NCBI GenBank assembly: GCA_013044165.1
Contig: JABEVB010000161.1
Coordinates: forward strand, 13,451-77,450
Source of the DNA: Phycisphaerales bacterium
Lineage (GTDB): Bacteria; Planctomycetota; Phycisphaerae; WQYP01
DNA: 64,000 nt
Direction: 5' to 3'
The position numbers and the translations under genes were made by a program. The notes beneath the pieces were generated by a model. It had not been told where the DNA came from. It worked only from the letters and a program-made list of their open reading frames with translations, and searched no databases. Each line of letters opens with the position of its first letter. Position 1 is the first letter of the stretch. This document shows, in pieces, positions 18,695-28,833 of the stretch.

Positions 18695-21109
18695 CTAACT
18701 TGCATTTTTTGCTTTGCACTTCGGCGGCGCCACAGACCGCTCGCCCCCGGTGCGCAATCTCGAACTGAAACTGCGTTCTGGCAGGCACACCCCTGTGGTG
18801 CAAATAGCCGCGGTCATCATAATTTCAATCGCATCGCCCGCCAGAAACCCGCCCGGCGGCACAGTAATACCCAGTCGCCACGTCAAATCGCCCGCATACC
18901 CCAGCATCTGATCGTCCGGCGATGATGGCGCTGCTGACGGTAAACCCGCCAGTTCGGCACGAACCTCCAGCGGCCGAGCCGAGTCGCCATTTACCCAAGC
19001 CGCAAACGCAATGCGTCCCGAGTCGGCTGCGTAAAACTGCGGCGGCAGTTTAAGCCCTGCCAAACATTGGAGTGTTGTGCCGCCCGCTGCGCTTGCCAGC
19101 GGCTCGCTTGTCCAGGCTTCAAACACAGCGTCGGCTGATTGCAGCGCTCGCGCCGAGGCGCTCTCCAGCGAAACCACCACCGAGAGCATACTGGCAAAAT
19201 GCTCGGGGCGCTGCGCTATGAGCGATGCAAAGGCCGCCAGTGCCGCCTGCGCGGCCGCTAGATACTGCTCGTTGCCCGTCTGCCGCTGCAGCATCACAAG
19301 CCCCCAAATAGCCCAGGCATTGGCCGAAGGCACAGCATTGTCGGCTCCGGTTTTTATGCGGGCAAACAACGCATCGTGCTCGCTGGAGCTTAAATAAAAT
19401 CCGCCCTGCTCGGCATCGGCAAAGTTCCGAATCATGCGGTCGGCCAAATCGGTCGCGGCCGCGAGGTAGCGCGGCGTGCTGGGCGCAGCACCGGTCACAG
19501 ACTCCTCACCCTGCCCCAGCGCCGCAAGCGCCACAATAAAAAAGGCGTAGTCTTCTAAAAATGCCGGTATATCGGCGACATGGCCGCTGCAGCTTACGCG
19601 CAGCAGCCCGCTGGAATCACTGCGATGATGCCGCAGGATATAATCCGCCGCACGGCGGGCGGCCTGTAGGTAACGCGGCTCATCCAACAGCTTGCCCGCA
19701 ACCGCCAAAGAATAAATCATCAGGGCGTTCCAACCGGTCAGCACCTTAGCGTCGGTTCCCGGCCTGGGCCGCGCGCTGCGCACCTGCCGCAGCGTTTTAA
19801 TGATGCCCTCCAGCCGCCGCTCTATGACCGCAACAGCCACGCCACGCCCGGCGGCAAGCTGTGCCATGCTGCGCCGCATGGTTAAAACATTTGTCCCTTC
19901 CCAGTTGCCCGGTTCGGTTATACCAAACGCGTCCGCAGCCAATTGTGCATCGCCTTTATCAGGCAGGCTCCGGCGCAACTCGTCCATGCTCCATACATAA
20001 AACCGGCCCTCATGCCCCTCGCTGTCGGCATCAAGCGAACTGTAAAAGCCGCCCTCGCCTGCGGTCATTTCATCGAGCCAAAAGTCAAAAGTCCGGCGGG
20101 CCACCGCGGCATAATCAGGCCGCTGCAATTGCACCGCCGCCCGCGCATAGGCCAAACCGAGCTGGGCATTGTCGTAGAGCATTTTTTCAAAGTGCGGCAC
20201 AAGCCAGGCTTCATCGGTGCTGTAGCGCGCAAAGCCCCCGGCAAGCTGGTCGAAGATGCCGCCCATCATCATCCCATCAAGCGTTTTAACCAACATCTGC
20301 CGGGCAAGGGCGATTTTTTCGTCGGGCAGTTTTATACCACCACCATCGCCGACAGCCGCACTGGCCGACGGCGAACGTTCCCCCGGCAAAATGTCCAGCC
20401 ACAGGTTCAGCAACTGGCTGGGAGGAAACTTGGGCGCTCCGCGTCGGCCACCCTGGGCATCGTCAAAGGTCTCAACACAGCGATCAATCATGTGGGTTAA
20501 ACACGCTGCGGCATCCAACGGGCCGGCCTGCTCCCCCTGCTGCGCGGCATGCGCCCTGCAGGCTGCGGCAATTTTCCCGGCTTGCTGCAGCACCTCGGTT
20601 CGCTGATTTTGCCAGGCATCCGCCAAGGCCCTTATGACGCGCGTAAAGCTGGGCCGCCCGTAGCCATCCATCGGCGGAAAATAAGTGCCGGCATAAAACG
20701 GTTCGAGGTCCGGCGTAAGCCAAACGCTCATGGGCCAACCGCCGCTACCGGTAACAAGCTGCGTGGCCAGCATATAAAGTTCGTCCAGGTCCGGCCGCTC
20801 CTCGCGGTCCACCTTAATGTTGATAAAGCTCTCATTAAGCAGGGCCGCAACCTGCGGGTCTTCAAACGATTCATGCGCCATCACATGGCACCAATGACAC
20901 GCGGCATAACCGATCGAAAGAAAAATCGGCTTGTTGTGCTGCCGTGCCTCGGCCAACGCTTCGCTGTTCCAGATGTGCCAGTCCACGGGGTTGTGCGCGT
21001 GCTGTCGCAGGTAAGGGCTTGTTGCATGAATTAAGCGATTAGGTTTCGCCGCTGAAGTTGTCATTGCCAAATCCATAAGGAGATTGTATCGGGTGCGTGC
21101 CGCCATCAT
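18695..21109 (-). CDS. thioredoxin-domain protein, DUF255/YyaL family (N-acylglucosamine 2-epimerase-like fold) with C-terminal extension
   Basis: …[81 protein letters not shown]…. About 110 extra C-terminal residues end in …[15 protein letters not shown], which resembles the DsbD N-terminal-like domain. The start codon is uncertain, with several ATGs in the first 16 codons. Confidence 0.88.
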   Translation of the reverse strand: MMAARTRYNLLMDLAMTTSAAKPNRLIHATSPYLRQHAHNPVDWHIWNSEALAEARQHNKPIFLSIGYAACHWCHVMAHESFEDPQVAALLNESFINIKVDREERPDLDELYMLATQLVTGSGGWPMSVWLTPDLEPFYAGTYFPPMDGYGRPSFTRVIRALADAWQNQRTEVLQQAGKIAAACRAHAAQQGEQAGPLDAAACLTHMIDRCVETFDDAQGGRRGAPKFPPSQLLNLWLDILPGERSPSASAAVGDGGGIKLPDEKIALARQMLVKTLDGMMMGGIFDQLAGGFARYSTDEAWLVPHFEKMLYDNAQLGLAYARAAVQLQRPDYAAVARRTFDFWLDEMTAGEGGFYSSLDADSEGHEGRFYVWSMDELRRSLPDKGDAQLAADAFGITEPGNWEGTNVLTMRRSMAQLAAGRGVAVAVIERRLEGIIKTLRQVRSARPRPGTDAKVLTGWNALMIYSLAVAGKLLDEPRYLQAARRAADYILRHHRSDSSGLLRVSCSGHVADIPAFLEDYAFFIVALAALGQGEESVTGAAPSTPRYLAAATDLADRMIRNFADAEQGGFYLSSSEHDALFARIKTGADNAVPSANAWAIWGLVMLQRQTGNEQYLAAAQAALAAFASLIAQRPEHFASMLSVVVSLESASARALQSADAVFEAWTSEPLASAAGGTTLQCLAGLKLPPQFYAADSGRIAFAAWVNGDSARPLEVRAELAGLPSAAPSSPDDQMLGYAGDLTWRLGITVPPGGFLAGDAIEIMMTAAICTTGVCLPERSFSSRLRTGGERSVAPPKCKAKNAS

Positions 21110-21127
21110 TGCCCGTGCGTCGCTGTG

Positions 21128-22282
21128 TTATTTTGCTTCGGCCATCTGCCGATCTTGCCGCGCCAACTGCCCGCAGGCAGCGGCAATTTCGCGGCCGCGG
21201 CTTTTGCGAACATGGGCGTTTACATGCAGTTGCCGCAGTATGTTTTGAAATGTCAGCATCGTCGTGCCCGCGGGCCGCTTGAAACTCAGCTCGGGCACTT
21301 CGTTGTAATAAATAAGATTAACATTGGCTCGCAGACGCCGCGATACCGCCGCAAGTTCCCGCGCATGCTCCGGCAGCGTATTAACGCCATCGAGCATAAT
21401 ATACTCCAATGTTACCTCACGGCCCGTCTTATCAAAGTAATACTTGCCCGCCTGAACCAGTTCATCAACCCCGATGCCCTTGGCCCATGGAATAATTTCG
21501 CGACGCAGCGCGTCGTTGGGTGCATGGAGGCTTATGGCCAGCGTTACCGGCAGGCCCACATCGGCAAGTTTGCGTATTTGCGGCGGCAGGCCCACCGTGC
21601 TTACCGTTATTTTGCGAGCACTGATGTTAAATGCCCATGGCGCCATGAGCACGCGAATAGCGGCTACCGCAGCGTCGAAGTTTGCCAGCGGTTCGCCCAT
21701 GCCCATAAACACAACATTGGTAAGCCGGCGCTCGGCAGGCAGCATTTGGCTCAGCCGCAACGCCTGCTCAATGATTTCGTCGGCGGCCAGATTGCGCTTC
21801 AGCCCGGCAAGGCCGCTGGCACAGAATGCGCACCCTACGGGGCAGCCAACCTGTGTTGAAAGACACGCCGTACGGCGATGTTTAACAATGGTGCGGCCAT
21901 AATCGTCCGCATCATCGTCATCACATGGAATCATGACTGTTTCGGTCAGGCCTCCATCGCGCCACCGAACCAGCAGCTTTTGCGTACCGTCGGTTGCCGT
22001 CAACTGCCGCACCTGCTCACCCGAATAAATGCGAAAGTTCTCCGCAAGCCAGGTGCGATCTCCCGCAGAAAGATTTGTCATTTGGGCAAAATCGGTTTTT
22101 CTTTTCTGGTACAGCCATTCGACAATTTGTCTGCCCCGAAACGCCGGCATGCCGCTGGGCGCAAGCAATGCGTTAATGCCTGACACGTCTACGGCCAAAA
22201 GACTCTGTTTTTCAGGCCCCTCGCTGCTGTCTTGGAATCGGGCCGCCAAGCCGCCCGTACTATCGCCTTGAGATGCTGTCAT
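21128..22282 (-). CDS. rlmN: 23S rRNA/tRNA (adenine-C2)-methyltransferase RlmN (radical SAM)
   Basis: FRGRQIVEWLYQKR…CLSTQVGCPVGCAFCASG (CxxxCxxC cluster)…GMGEPLAN…. Confidence 0.93.
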   Translation of the reverse strand: MTASQGDSTGGLAARFQDSSEGPEKQSLLAVDVSGINALLAPSGMPAFRGRQIVEWLYQKRKTDFAQMTNLSAGDRTWLAENFRIYSGEQVRQLTATDGTQKLLVRWRDGGLTETVMIPCDDDDADDYGRTIVKHRRTACLSTQVGCPVGCAFCASGLAGLKRNLAADEIIEQALRLSQMLPAERRLTNVVFMGMGEPLANFDAAVAAIRVLMAPWAFNISARKITVSTVGLPPQIRKLADVGLPVTLAISLHAPNDALRREIIPWAKGIGVDELVQAGKYYFDKTGREVTLEYIMLDGVNTLPEHARELAAVSRRLRANVNLIYYNEVPELSFKRPAGTTMLTFQNILRQLHVNAHVRKSRGREIAAACGQLARQDRQMAEAK

Positions 22283-22456
22283 TAACGAAAGTATACCATC
22301 ACGGCATTAGCATAACCAACGTCGCATAAACCGTCTGCTCGCCTGGAAAACAAACCTGCCGTATGCCCCGCTCACCACACCCAGGCGCATCGCCCGCGTC
22401 GCGGCTCATTGCATTGTCCGGGCTATTGCCCGGGGCAGGCCCCCGCCCTTGAGCGG

Positions 22457-22672
22457 CTAAACTCTACGCCCACCAAAGGCCATAAGTGCCAGACCGGTGA
22501 TTCCCAGCGCTATGCCGCCGAAGATGTAAAGGGCCGTCTGCCGCGTAAAACGGCCAAACAGCATGTGCTTCGCCTGATCTACCAAGGAATGAGATGCGTT
22601 CAGACCATAAACGAGCAGCGCTATGCCAACCACCAGGCACACCAATCCAATAATTCTTTGTGTAGTCATCAT
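22457..22672 (-). CDS. small membrane protein, DUF3185-like
   Basis: MMTTQRIIGLVCLVVGIALLVYGLNAS…FGRFTRQTALYIFGGIALGITGLALMAFGGRR has two TM helices with the linker pattern I recall for DUF3185. The start is taken at the internal ATG of ORF 22457..22726. Confidence 0.65.
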   Translation of the reverse strand: MMTTQRIIGLVCLVVGIALLVYGLNASHSLVDQAKHMLFGRFTRQTALYIFGGIALGITGLALMAFGGRRV

Positions 22673-22753
22673 TAATGAACTCCAATCAAACTTCGCCTTT
22701 GGGGCCTTGGGTGCCGCAGCGCCCATGCCCGCAACCGTTGACTTGCTCGCGCG

Positions 22754-22918
22754 TTATCTGCGACCACGGAAACCGGTAACCAGTGAAATGACAAAAATCA
22801 CAAGAAACAGAAAAAACAGGACTTTGGCAATTTCCTGCGCCAGCCCCGCAACACCAAAAAAGCCAAAAAAGCCGGCAATAAGCGCTACAATCAGAAACAT
22901 AATCGCCCAATAAAGCAT
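22754..22918 (-). CDS. small membrane protein, DUF1328/UPF0391 (YtjA-like), 54 aa
   Basis: Absent from the ORF track because it is under 60 aa. Hand translation gives [54 protein letters not shown]. This explains the locus better than the overlapping 97-aa TTG-start ORF 22686..22979. Confidence 0.72.
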   Translation of the reverse strand: MLYWAIMFLIVALIAGFFGFFGVAGLAQEIAKVLFFLFLVIFVISLVTGFRGRR

Positions 22919-23430
22919 TGTTAACCCCTTTCAAAAGGCTTGCGAAGGTGTTGCCGCCGTGCGGCAGCTCCCCGATCAACTTATTATAGCCCGGTTACAT
23001 CCAATAGTAAATATGTTTTTATAACTAAATCTTCTTGTATGTACCGATTAGGCTCCTCACAGTCCCTCTCCACAGCCTGGCAAAGCCCGGCAACCTGCAA
23101 AAAACACCCCACCTGCCCAAAATCGCCCCGGGGGCTGCCCCCAAGAGCGCCCAAAAACCGCCCAGCAAGCCCAAAAGCCGCATCGCGCACCCGTATTAAC
23201 GCCCTGAATACTCTTTCCAGGCAGCGCGCGGGCGTACCTGCGGACTAGACTCCGTTGGACGCCAAAGTGAATAAATTGGCTGCCCCAGCCATATTTGCCC
23301 TACAACAAATCCGCGGGCCGCCCGTCTTTACGCGACCACCAAACATCAGCGCTGGCTCATTGAGCCATAACTGTTTATGATGTGTTTTATGAATGCGCAC
23401 CCGGCGGTGCGACGTAGACAGGAAGTATCT

Positions 23431-24144
23431 ATGCCTTTGTTCGATTCCCGTGGCAACAGTATTTTGCCTATTCCCACACAACTCGATCGCATGGCTCCGA
23501 TGACGGCCGACCGGCCCGCATTTGCAACCCGCAATGCCATGGAGTACCAGCGCTGGCGGCAAATGACCGTTGACGAAATGCTGCTGGAAAATCGGGTGGT
23601 GTTTTTAATCGGCGAAATTAATGATGCCTCCGCCACCAACGTCATCATGCGACTGCTGTACCTCCAATCGCTGCGTAAGGATCAGGACATCAACCTTTAC
23701 ATTAATTCGCCCGGCGGAGCCGTAGACGACACCCTGGCCATCTACGACACCATGAAGTTCTTGACCTGCGACGTTGCCACCTTCTGCGTAGGCCAGGCCA
23801 TGAGTGGCGGCGCGGTGGTACTCGCTGCCGGTGCTAAAGGCAAGCGATATGCTCTGCCTCACGCCAAAGTCATGATTCACCAGCCGTTTGGTGGAATCTA
23901 TGGCCAGGCGGCGGACATTGCCATTCAGGCGGAAGAAATCCTTAAAACCAAGGAAACTCTTACCGACCTGCTTGCACGCCTCACCGGCCAACCACGCGAA
24001 CGCATCGCCGAAGATCAGGAGCGCGACAAATACTTTGACGCCCAGGAGGCTAAGGCTTACGGCTTGGTGGATGAGGTACTGGAAGAATCCAACCTGGCAA
24101 AGAAGGATGAAATCGCCAAGGCACAGCAAAGCAAGCCGGCTTGA
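23431..24144 (+). CDS. clpP: ATP-dependent Clp protease proteolytic subunit (divergent N-terminus)
   Basis: The Ser-His-Asp triad context is present: [30 protein letters not shown] 23431 follows AGGAAG. No clpX is adjacent. Confidence 0.88.
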   Translation: MPLFDSRGNSILPIPTQLDRMAPMTADRPAFATRNAMEYQRWRQMTVDEMLLENRVVFLIGEINDASATNVIMRLLYLQSLRKDQDINLYINSPGGAVDDTLAIYDTMKFLTCDVATFCVGQAMSGGAVVLAAGAKGKRYALPHAKVMIHQPFGGIYGQAADIAIQAEEILKTKETLTDLLARLTGQPRERIAEDQERDKYFDAQEAKAYGLVDEVLEESNLAKKDEIAKAQQSKPA

Positions 24145-24228
24145 TGGCCTCCGATGGGTCTTGGCGCAGCTACCCTTGGCGCAGCCGCCAGTGGAGCTTG
24201 GAGCCTTTCCATCGCAGGAGGGCTTGAC

Positions 24229-25404
24229 GTGATTGTTGCCATTGATGCCCGCCCGCTCGTTACCCGGCATATTGCCGGGGCAGAGCAGCATGCGCGCAAT
24301 ATTGTCGCAGCTTGGGCCTCCATGGATACCCCCCACCGCTTTGTGCTCATGTTAAACCCCCAATGGCAAAATATGCCTGATTACGACCCCGGACTTATTC
24401 AGCAGCTTCCGCAGGACCTTTTCACCATTTACATTCCCGTGCCCGGACGAATTGGCCGCCTGCTGCCCCGGCATGCCTCGCTGGTGCGCGTTGCCGGAAA
24501 ACTTGCCGGCAACGACATCAACCTTTTCCATAGTTTTACCGCCGAACTGCCAGCGCGGGCGGCCATGCCCATGGTTCATACCATTCATGATCTGGCCTGC
24601 GAGCTTGATCCACACGTGCGCCGCTCCATCGAAGGAGCCGAGAGCCGCCGAATTCATCGCCAAGGCATCCGAAGGGCCTCAAGCACCATTGCGGTATCCA
24701 CGCAGACCCGAAACGATGTCTTGGGCGTCTATCGGCTCTCGCCCGCCAAGGTGCACCTTATTTTTAATGGCATTAATCCGGTGTTTGTACCCCAACAAGA
24801 CCGCGCACTGCAGCAGCAACTTCATGCGGCATGGCCACTCGAAAACCGCTATGTGCTGCTGGTAGGCTCTGATATTCCACGACGTAACTATGCCCGCGTT
24901 TGGCAGGCAATACAAAGAGTTTGGACGAGTGACCCAACTCTGCGGTTGGTGCTGGCCGGTCGCAACGTATGGACTCGAAGCGAGCTCTTTAAGCGGGCAC
25001 ACGCCAGCGGCCTGGCAGAGCGCGTAACCTTTATTCAGTCGCCGACCGATGCCGAACTCGCCCAGCTTTATCGTGACGCTCTTATTACCTGCTGCGGATC
25101 AAGTTTTGAGGGCTTTGGACTTTCCGTGCTGGAAGCCATGGCCTGCGGTTGCCCGGTCGCCTGCAGCGATATGAGCAGCCTGCGGGAAGTAGCCGACGAT
25201 GCCCCTCTATACTTTACCCACGATGATGTGGACTCCATTGCCGAGGCCATTACGTCGCTCGCCGAAGACTCCGAATATCGCCGCCAACTCAGGCAGCGCG
25301 GCCTTGCCCGCGCCAGCCGCTTCACATGGGCGGCAGCAGCCCAGCGACTCCTCGGCATCCTCGAGCAGGTGGCCGAGTTCGACCGCCACGCCCGCTCAAC
25401 GTAA
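24229..25404 (+). CDS. glycosyltransferase family 4 (GT-B, GT1-type)
   Basis: VIVAIDARPL… start (GTG 24229, 7 nt after AGGAGG) inside ORF 24154..25404. The C-terminal half has the E-x7-E-type region …GSSFEGFGLSVLEAMACGCPV…. Confidence 0.85.
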   Translation: MIVAIDARPLVTRHIAGAEQHARNIVAAWASMDTPHRFVLMLNPQWQNMPDYDPGLIQQLPQDLFTIYIPVPGRIGRLLPRHASLVRVAGKLAGNDINLFHSFTAELPARAAMPMVHTIHDLACELDPHVRRSIEGAESRRIHRQGIRRASSTIAVSTQTRNDVLGVYRLSPAKVHLIFNGINPVFVPQQDRALQQQLHAAWPLENRYVLLVGSDIPRRNYARVWQAIQRVWTSDPTLRLVLAGRNVWTRSELFKRAHASGLAERVTFIQSPTDAELAQLYRDALITCCGSSFEGFGLSVLEAMACGCPVACSDMSSLREVADDAPLYFTHDDVDSIAEAITSLAEDSEYRRQLRQRGLARASRFTWAAAAQRLLGILEQVAEFDRHARST

Positions 25405-25766
25405 ACCCCGTCCACATAAGCCCGCAATCCTGCCAATGACCGCACCGAGATTAGCAATACCCACCGCCAGTGGCCCATTTGCTTGCGTTTATCGTGACTG
25501 TTCGCCACCGGCCGTGACCGGGCAGGCCGGACTCCCTACCCAAAAGCGCGAGTCTGGTGCTCTGTCATACCCCTGTACAACAGGCCAACCGTGAACAAGT
25601 GCCAAACCTCTAATATCTTTTTTTAGAAACGCATCACCTTATACCCCAACCCCTATAGCGGCAGGGCAGCGTCCCGCTCTCCATCAGCGCCGCAATCAAA
25701 GCGCTACTGCACCGCCCTTGAACTCTCTCCTGCTCTGGCGGTCCGCAGGCCGCGCACCGCCCCGGC

Positions 25767-25802
25767 AAAAAAATGCCCCCTGCCGGTGGAATGGCAGGGG
25801 GC
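25767..25802 (-). terminator. Rho-independent terminator of the His-rich protein gene
   Basis: The minus strand reads GCCCCCTGCC-attccacc-GGCAGGGGGC followed by ATTTTTTT. Confidence 0.75.
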
Positions 25803-25888
25803 GGTGAGAAAATGGGGCGTTGGATGAAGCTTGGTTAAGACTGCTTGTACCGCGCGCAACGCTTCACAGCGGTTGGCAGTATTCCTTA

Positions 25889-26197
25889 TTAATGGTGGTC
25901 GAACTTCATAGCTGCTCGCAGTTGCCCTATGGCCTGCTTGGTGAGGTCAACGGCTTGCTCACGGTGCCCACCAAAATCATGGGCGCCATGCGAGAGCACC
26001 TTGACCGCTCGCCTGAGCAGATGCATGCCACGACGAATAACACTGTGGTGCTCGCGGCCATGATGGCCTGGGTTTCCGCCATTCACTTGCGCCTGCGCTG
26101 TCGTGCTCGGAGCATTAACCAGCGTGCCAACGGCAAATGCCACCGCCAGAGACGCCGCCATGCCTACTACCACAAACGACTTTTTGATGCGGGTCAT
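25889..26197 (-). CDS. small secreted His-rich protein (hypothetical)
   Basis: Signal peptide MTRIKKSFVVVGMAASLAVAFAVG. The mature part has many His residues (GHHGREHH…SHGAHDFGGHRE…KFDHH). It has its own terminator. Confidence 0.6.
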   Translation of the reverse strand: MTRIKKSFVVVGMAASLAVAFAVGTLVNAPSTTAQAQVNGGNPGHHGREHHSVIRRGMHLLRRAVKVLSHGAHDFGGHREQAVDLTKQAIGQLRAAMKFDHH

Positions 26198-26821
26198 AAA
26201 AACCACTCCTAAAAACCCCCGATGTGCGATGGCCAACACAGTCACCGCTTAATATCCGCCACGCCTTGGCAACCCTCACGGGTTAGCAAGCCGGCTGAAC
26301 ACGCCCACAGCGGCGTATCACGGCCGAAACCTACCGAGCCGCTGGTTTACGGCTCGCCAAGCACCACGAAGCAGCACTGAAAAAGTTGCACGGCGGCTTT
26401 TTGGAGGGCATTTCACGCTGGCTTTGGCATCTGTTTCGACGAGATTTATCAACGCTTTATCGCAACATTATATGCCTCCCGGCGTTTTACCTCTAAACAT
26501 ACACCCACCGCCTTGTCAGGCCGCGCCAGGCCGACGGGCACATTACCGCCCTTGTAAGGTTGTGCGGGCGACTTATTTTAACTTAAGCCACTGAGGTGCA
26601 TTATTTCGAGCATTACAACCAGTCACAACCTCCCGGCCGCCCCGGCTGCCGCCGCACCACAGGCAAATCCTGCGCCGCCGCCGCTTTTTCCATCGGCTAT
26701 TGAAGACCATCCCCGCCGCTGGCTGGCATACCCTCTGCTGGCCGTTGTTATCGGGCTGCTTGCCGTCGCCCTGGGCCGGCTTTATCAGCCCAGCAACTGG
26801 GGGGTAGATCAAAATGGCTAC

Positions 26822-28507
26822 ATGGTTACCGCCCGCATGCTCACCCAGCATCACCGCCTTTACTTTACCCCGCACAACCCCTGGCAGTTTGCCGGACGCA
26901 TGATGATTCAAACTCCGGACGGCCGCATTTTTGCCAAATACCCCCCGGGGATGGGTCTCCTTGCCGCCATGCTGCGTCTGCTGGGCGGCGCCAAAGCCAT
27001 GTACCTGGTAGACCCCATCTGTACGGTGCTGGCGTGCCTTGTGAGCTTCTTTTTATTTCGCCAGGCGCTGGGCAACTTTATGTCGCTGATGGGAGTTATC
27101 TGGCTCGCGTGCAACCCAGTAACGCTTACCTACGCCAACGATGCCAACTCCCATGGGGCGGCACTCTGCTTTACCGTCATCGGCTTTTGGGCACTTTTAA
27201 GCTGGTGGCGCCGCGGAGGATCGCTTCGCGCTGCAATAGCCGGCCTCTCGCTCGGCTTTTGCACCTGGATCCGCTACACCGAGTTTTTATGGATTTTGCC
27301 CCTCATGGTCGTGCTGCTTATGCAGTGCCGCACACAGCGTAGGCCGCTGCGCGAGTATGCCTTGGCTATCGGCGGATTTTGCCTGCCTGTGGGTATTCTG
27401 GCGGGCATTCAATGGCTATCTTTTGGTGCCCCCTGGAAGACTGGCTACTCCTTCTGTAAGGAGCAAACCGGTTTTAGCTGGCACTACTTTATAGGTGACC
27501 CCGCCGGCCTGCCACCCCGGCAAGGAAACTGGCAAACCGTCATGGAACAGTTTTCTAACCTCGGACTGTTTTTACTGTTTCCGTTGGCCATTGTGGGCAT
27601 GATCCGATTGTTTTTCAGCCACGCCAAATTTGCCCTGGTGCTCGCGTGCTGGGTGGTGCCCAGCGCGGTGGTATATATGTTTTATTACTGGGCGCCGACC
27701 AATGTAGACACCACAGGTTACCTGCGCTTTTTCCTGGATATTTTTCCGGCGCTTATTTTGATTGCCCTTTGGATGCTTGATCTGGCAATGGGCCGCGACC
27801 GCGTTATTACCGCCATCACCGTTGGGGTCCTGACCCTGCTGGGAGCCGGGTACAACCTCTACACCATGAGTCCCCGATTGCTGCAGGCGTTTGGCTCCAA
27901 ACTCACGCTCAGCAGCATCACCCAAACGGTTGAATCCACAGTACCCAAAGGGTCCGTGGTGTTTGGCGATGAACAATTATGCAACTACCTTAATGCCATC
28001 GGTGGCTATCACCTTTACTCCATCAACCTATTTGATCCGGGGGCTTTTAAATTTTTTCAGGGTGAGATTGACGTGCCCGGTCCGCACGGCCTGCAGGTGG
28101 CTCGCGCCCGCACATACCGTAACCTGGTGGGATACAAAGATTCCGCCGGCCAGTGGCAGCCGCTACCCTTCTATCGCCTCCGTTTGCAGGAAATAAAACG
28201 TGTGGATGCGGCCTTGGCCAAAGGACGCAAGGTCGTATTTGTGCTCCGCACGCGCGAACTGCGGCAATATGTGCCCATCGAACCGAGAGAGCTTACCACA
28301 CGCACCATTGCCACCATTGATGCGCAAGGCCCCGGTAACAGCATGCATCCGCTCTGGATGGCCTGGTTCAAACCCACCGGCCGCCTGGTTCGCCGCTGGC
28401 AGCGCCTGCAGGCCCGCCAAAATCTTGTTGACCAATGGGCCATTGTACAGATCAGCCCCGCCCATCCTGGCGGCCGCAAGGTGCAAACATCAGCCGTTAC
28501 CAAGTAA
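26822..28507 (+). CDS. GT-C fold membrane glycosyltransferase (ArnT/PMT_2, GT39/83-like); true N-terminus probably upstream, at or before 26714
   Basis: 561 aa from the first ATG, polytopic. The in-frame upstream sequence encodes …RRWLAYPLLAVVIGLLAVALGRLYQPSNWGVDQNGY|MVTARML…, that is TM1 plus the first-loop Asp motif. See the corresponding finding. Confidence 0.85.
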   Translation: MVTARMLTQHHRLYFTPHNPWQFAGRMMIQTPDGRIFAKYPPGMGLLAAMLRLLGGAKAMYLVDPICTVLACLVSFFLFRQALGNFMSLMGVIWLACNPVTLTYANDANSHGAALCFTVIGFWALLSWWRRGGSLRAAIAGLSLGFCTWIRYTEFLWILPLMVVLLMQCRTQRRPLREYALAIGGFCLPVGILAGIQWLSFGAPWKTGYSFCKEQTGFSWHYFIGDPAGLPPRQGNWQTVMEQFSNLGLFLLFPLAIVGMIRLFFSHAKFALVLACWVVPSAVVYMFYYWAPTNVDTTGYLRFFLDIFPALILIALWMLDLAMGRDRVITAITVGVLTLLGAGYNLYTMSPRLLQAFGSKLTLSSITQTVESTVPKGSVVFGDEQLCNYLNAIGGYHLYSINLFDPGAFKFFQGEIDVPGPHGLQVARARTYRNLVGYKDSAGQWQPLPFYRLRLQEIKRVDAALAKGRKVVFVLRTRELRQYVPIEPRELTTRTIATIDAQGPGNSMHPLWMAWFKPTGRLVRRWQRLQARQNLVDQWAIVQISPAHPGGRKVQTSAVTK

Positions 28508-28833
28508 ACTCTAATCACTCGCGGCCCTGAGGATCGGGTGCCAGTGGCAGTCGCGCCCGAGTACCCCACAGCAGTGGCCGACCTTGTGGCGCAGGCTTCG
28601 ATCGTGCTTAAGCCTCCCCTTCGTGAACGGCCACCAAACCGGTAGCATCCTCTTTCTTGAACAAGCAGTTCGCCGCCAGCCCATCCAAACGCACGACTCC
28701 CGTCATGCCCCCTGCACAACCCGCAGCGTCCCGCTGCAGTTGGCGACAAGCCCCCAATTAACCTACACTATTAAAAACAGCCGTACCGGCTAGGAGCCCA
28801 GCTCGCTTCCGGTGGATTTTATGGAGGTTTACC

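Noticed and set aside
22686-22979. 97-aa TTG-start ORF listed in the ORF track
   Set aside because: A different frame over the same DNA encodes a textbook 54-aa DUF1328/UPF0391 membrane protein with an ATG start. The 97-aa translation is Cys/Gly-rich with no recognisable features.
25520-25590. tRNA-like stretch on the minus strand (…GCACCAGACTCGCGCTTTTGGGTAGGGAGTCCGG…)
   Set aside because: It has an anticodon-arm-like element but no T-loop (no GTTCRA), no proper D arm and no complementary acceptor stem. At best it is a decayed fragment. The surrounding 360-nt non-coding region matched no ncRNA family I could recall (SRP, RNase P, tmRNA, 6S).
28171-28749. 192-aa minus-strand ORF, plus the small ORFs in the 28508-28833 gap
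   Set aside because: It is largely antisense to the 3' end of the GT-C gene. Its composition is Arg/Gly/Cys-rich, with no start context or motifs.
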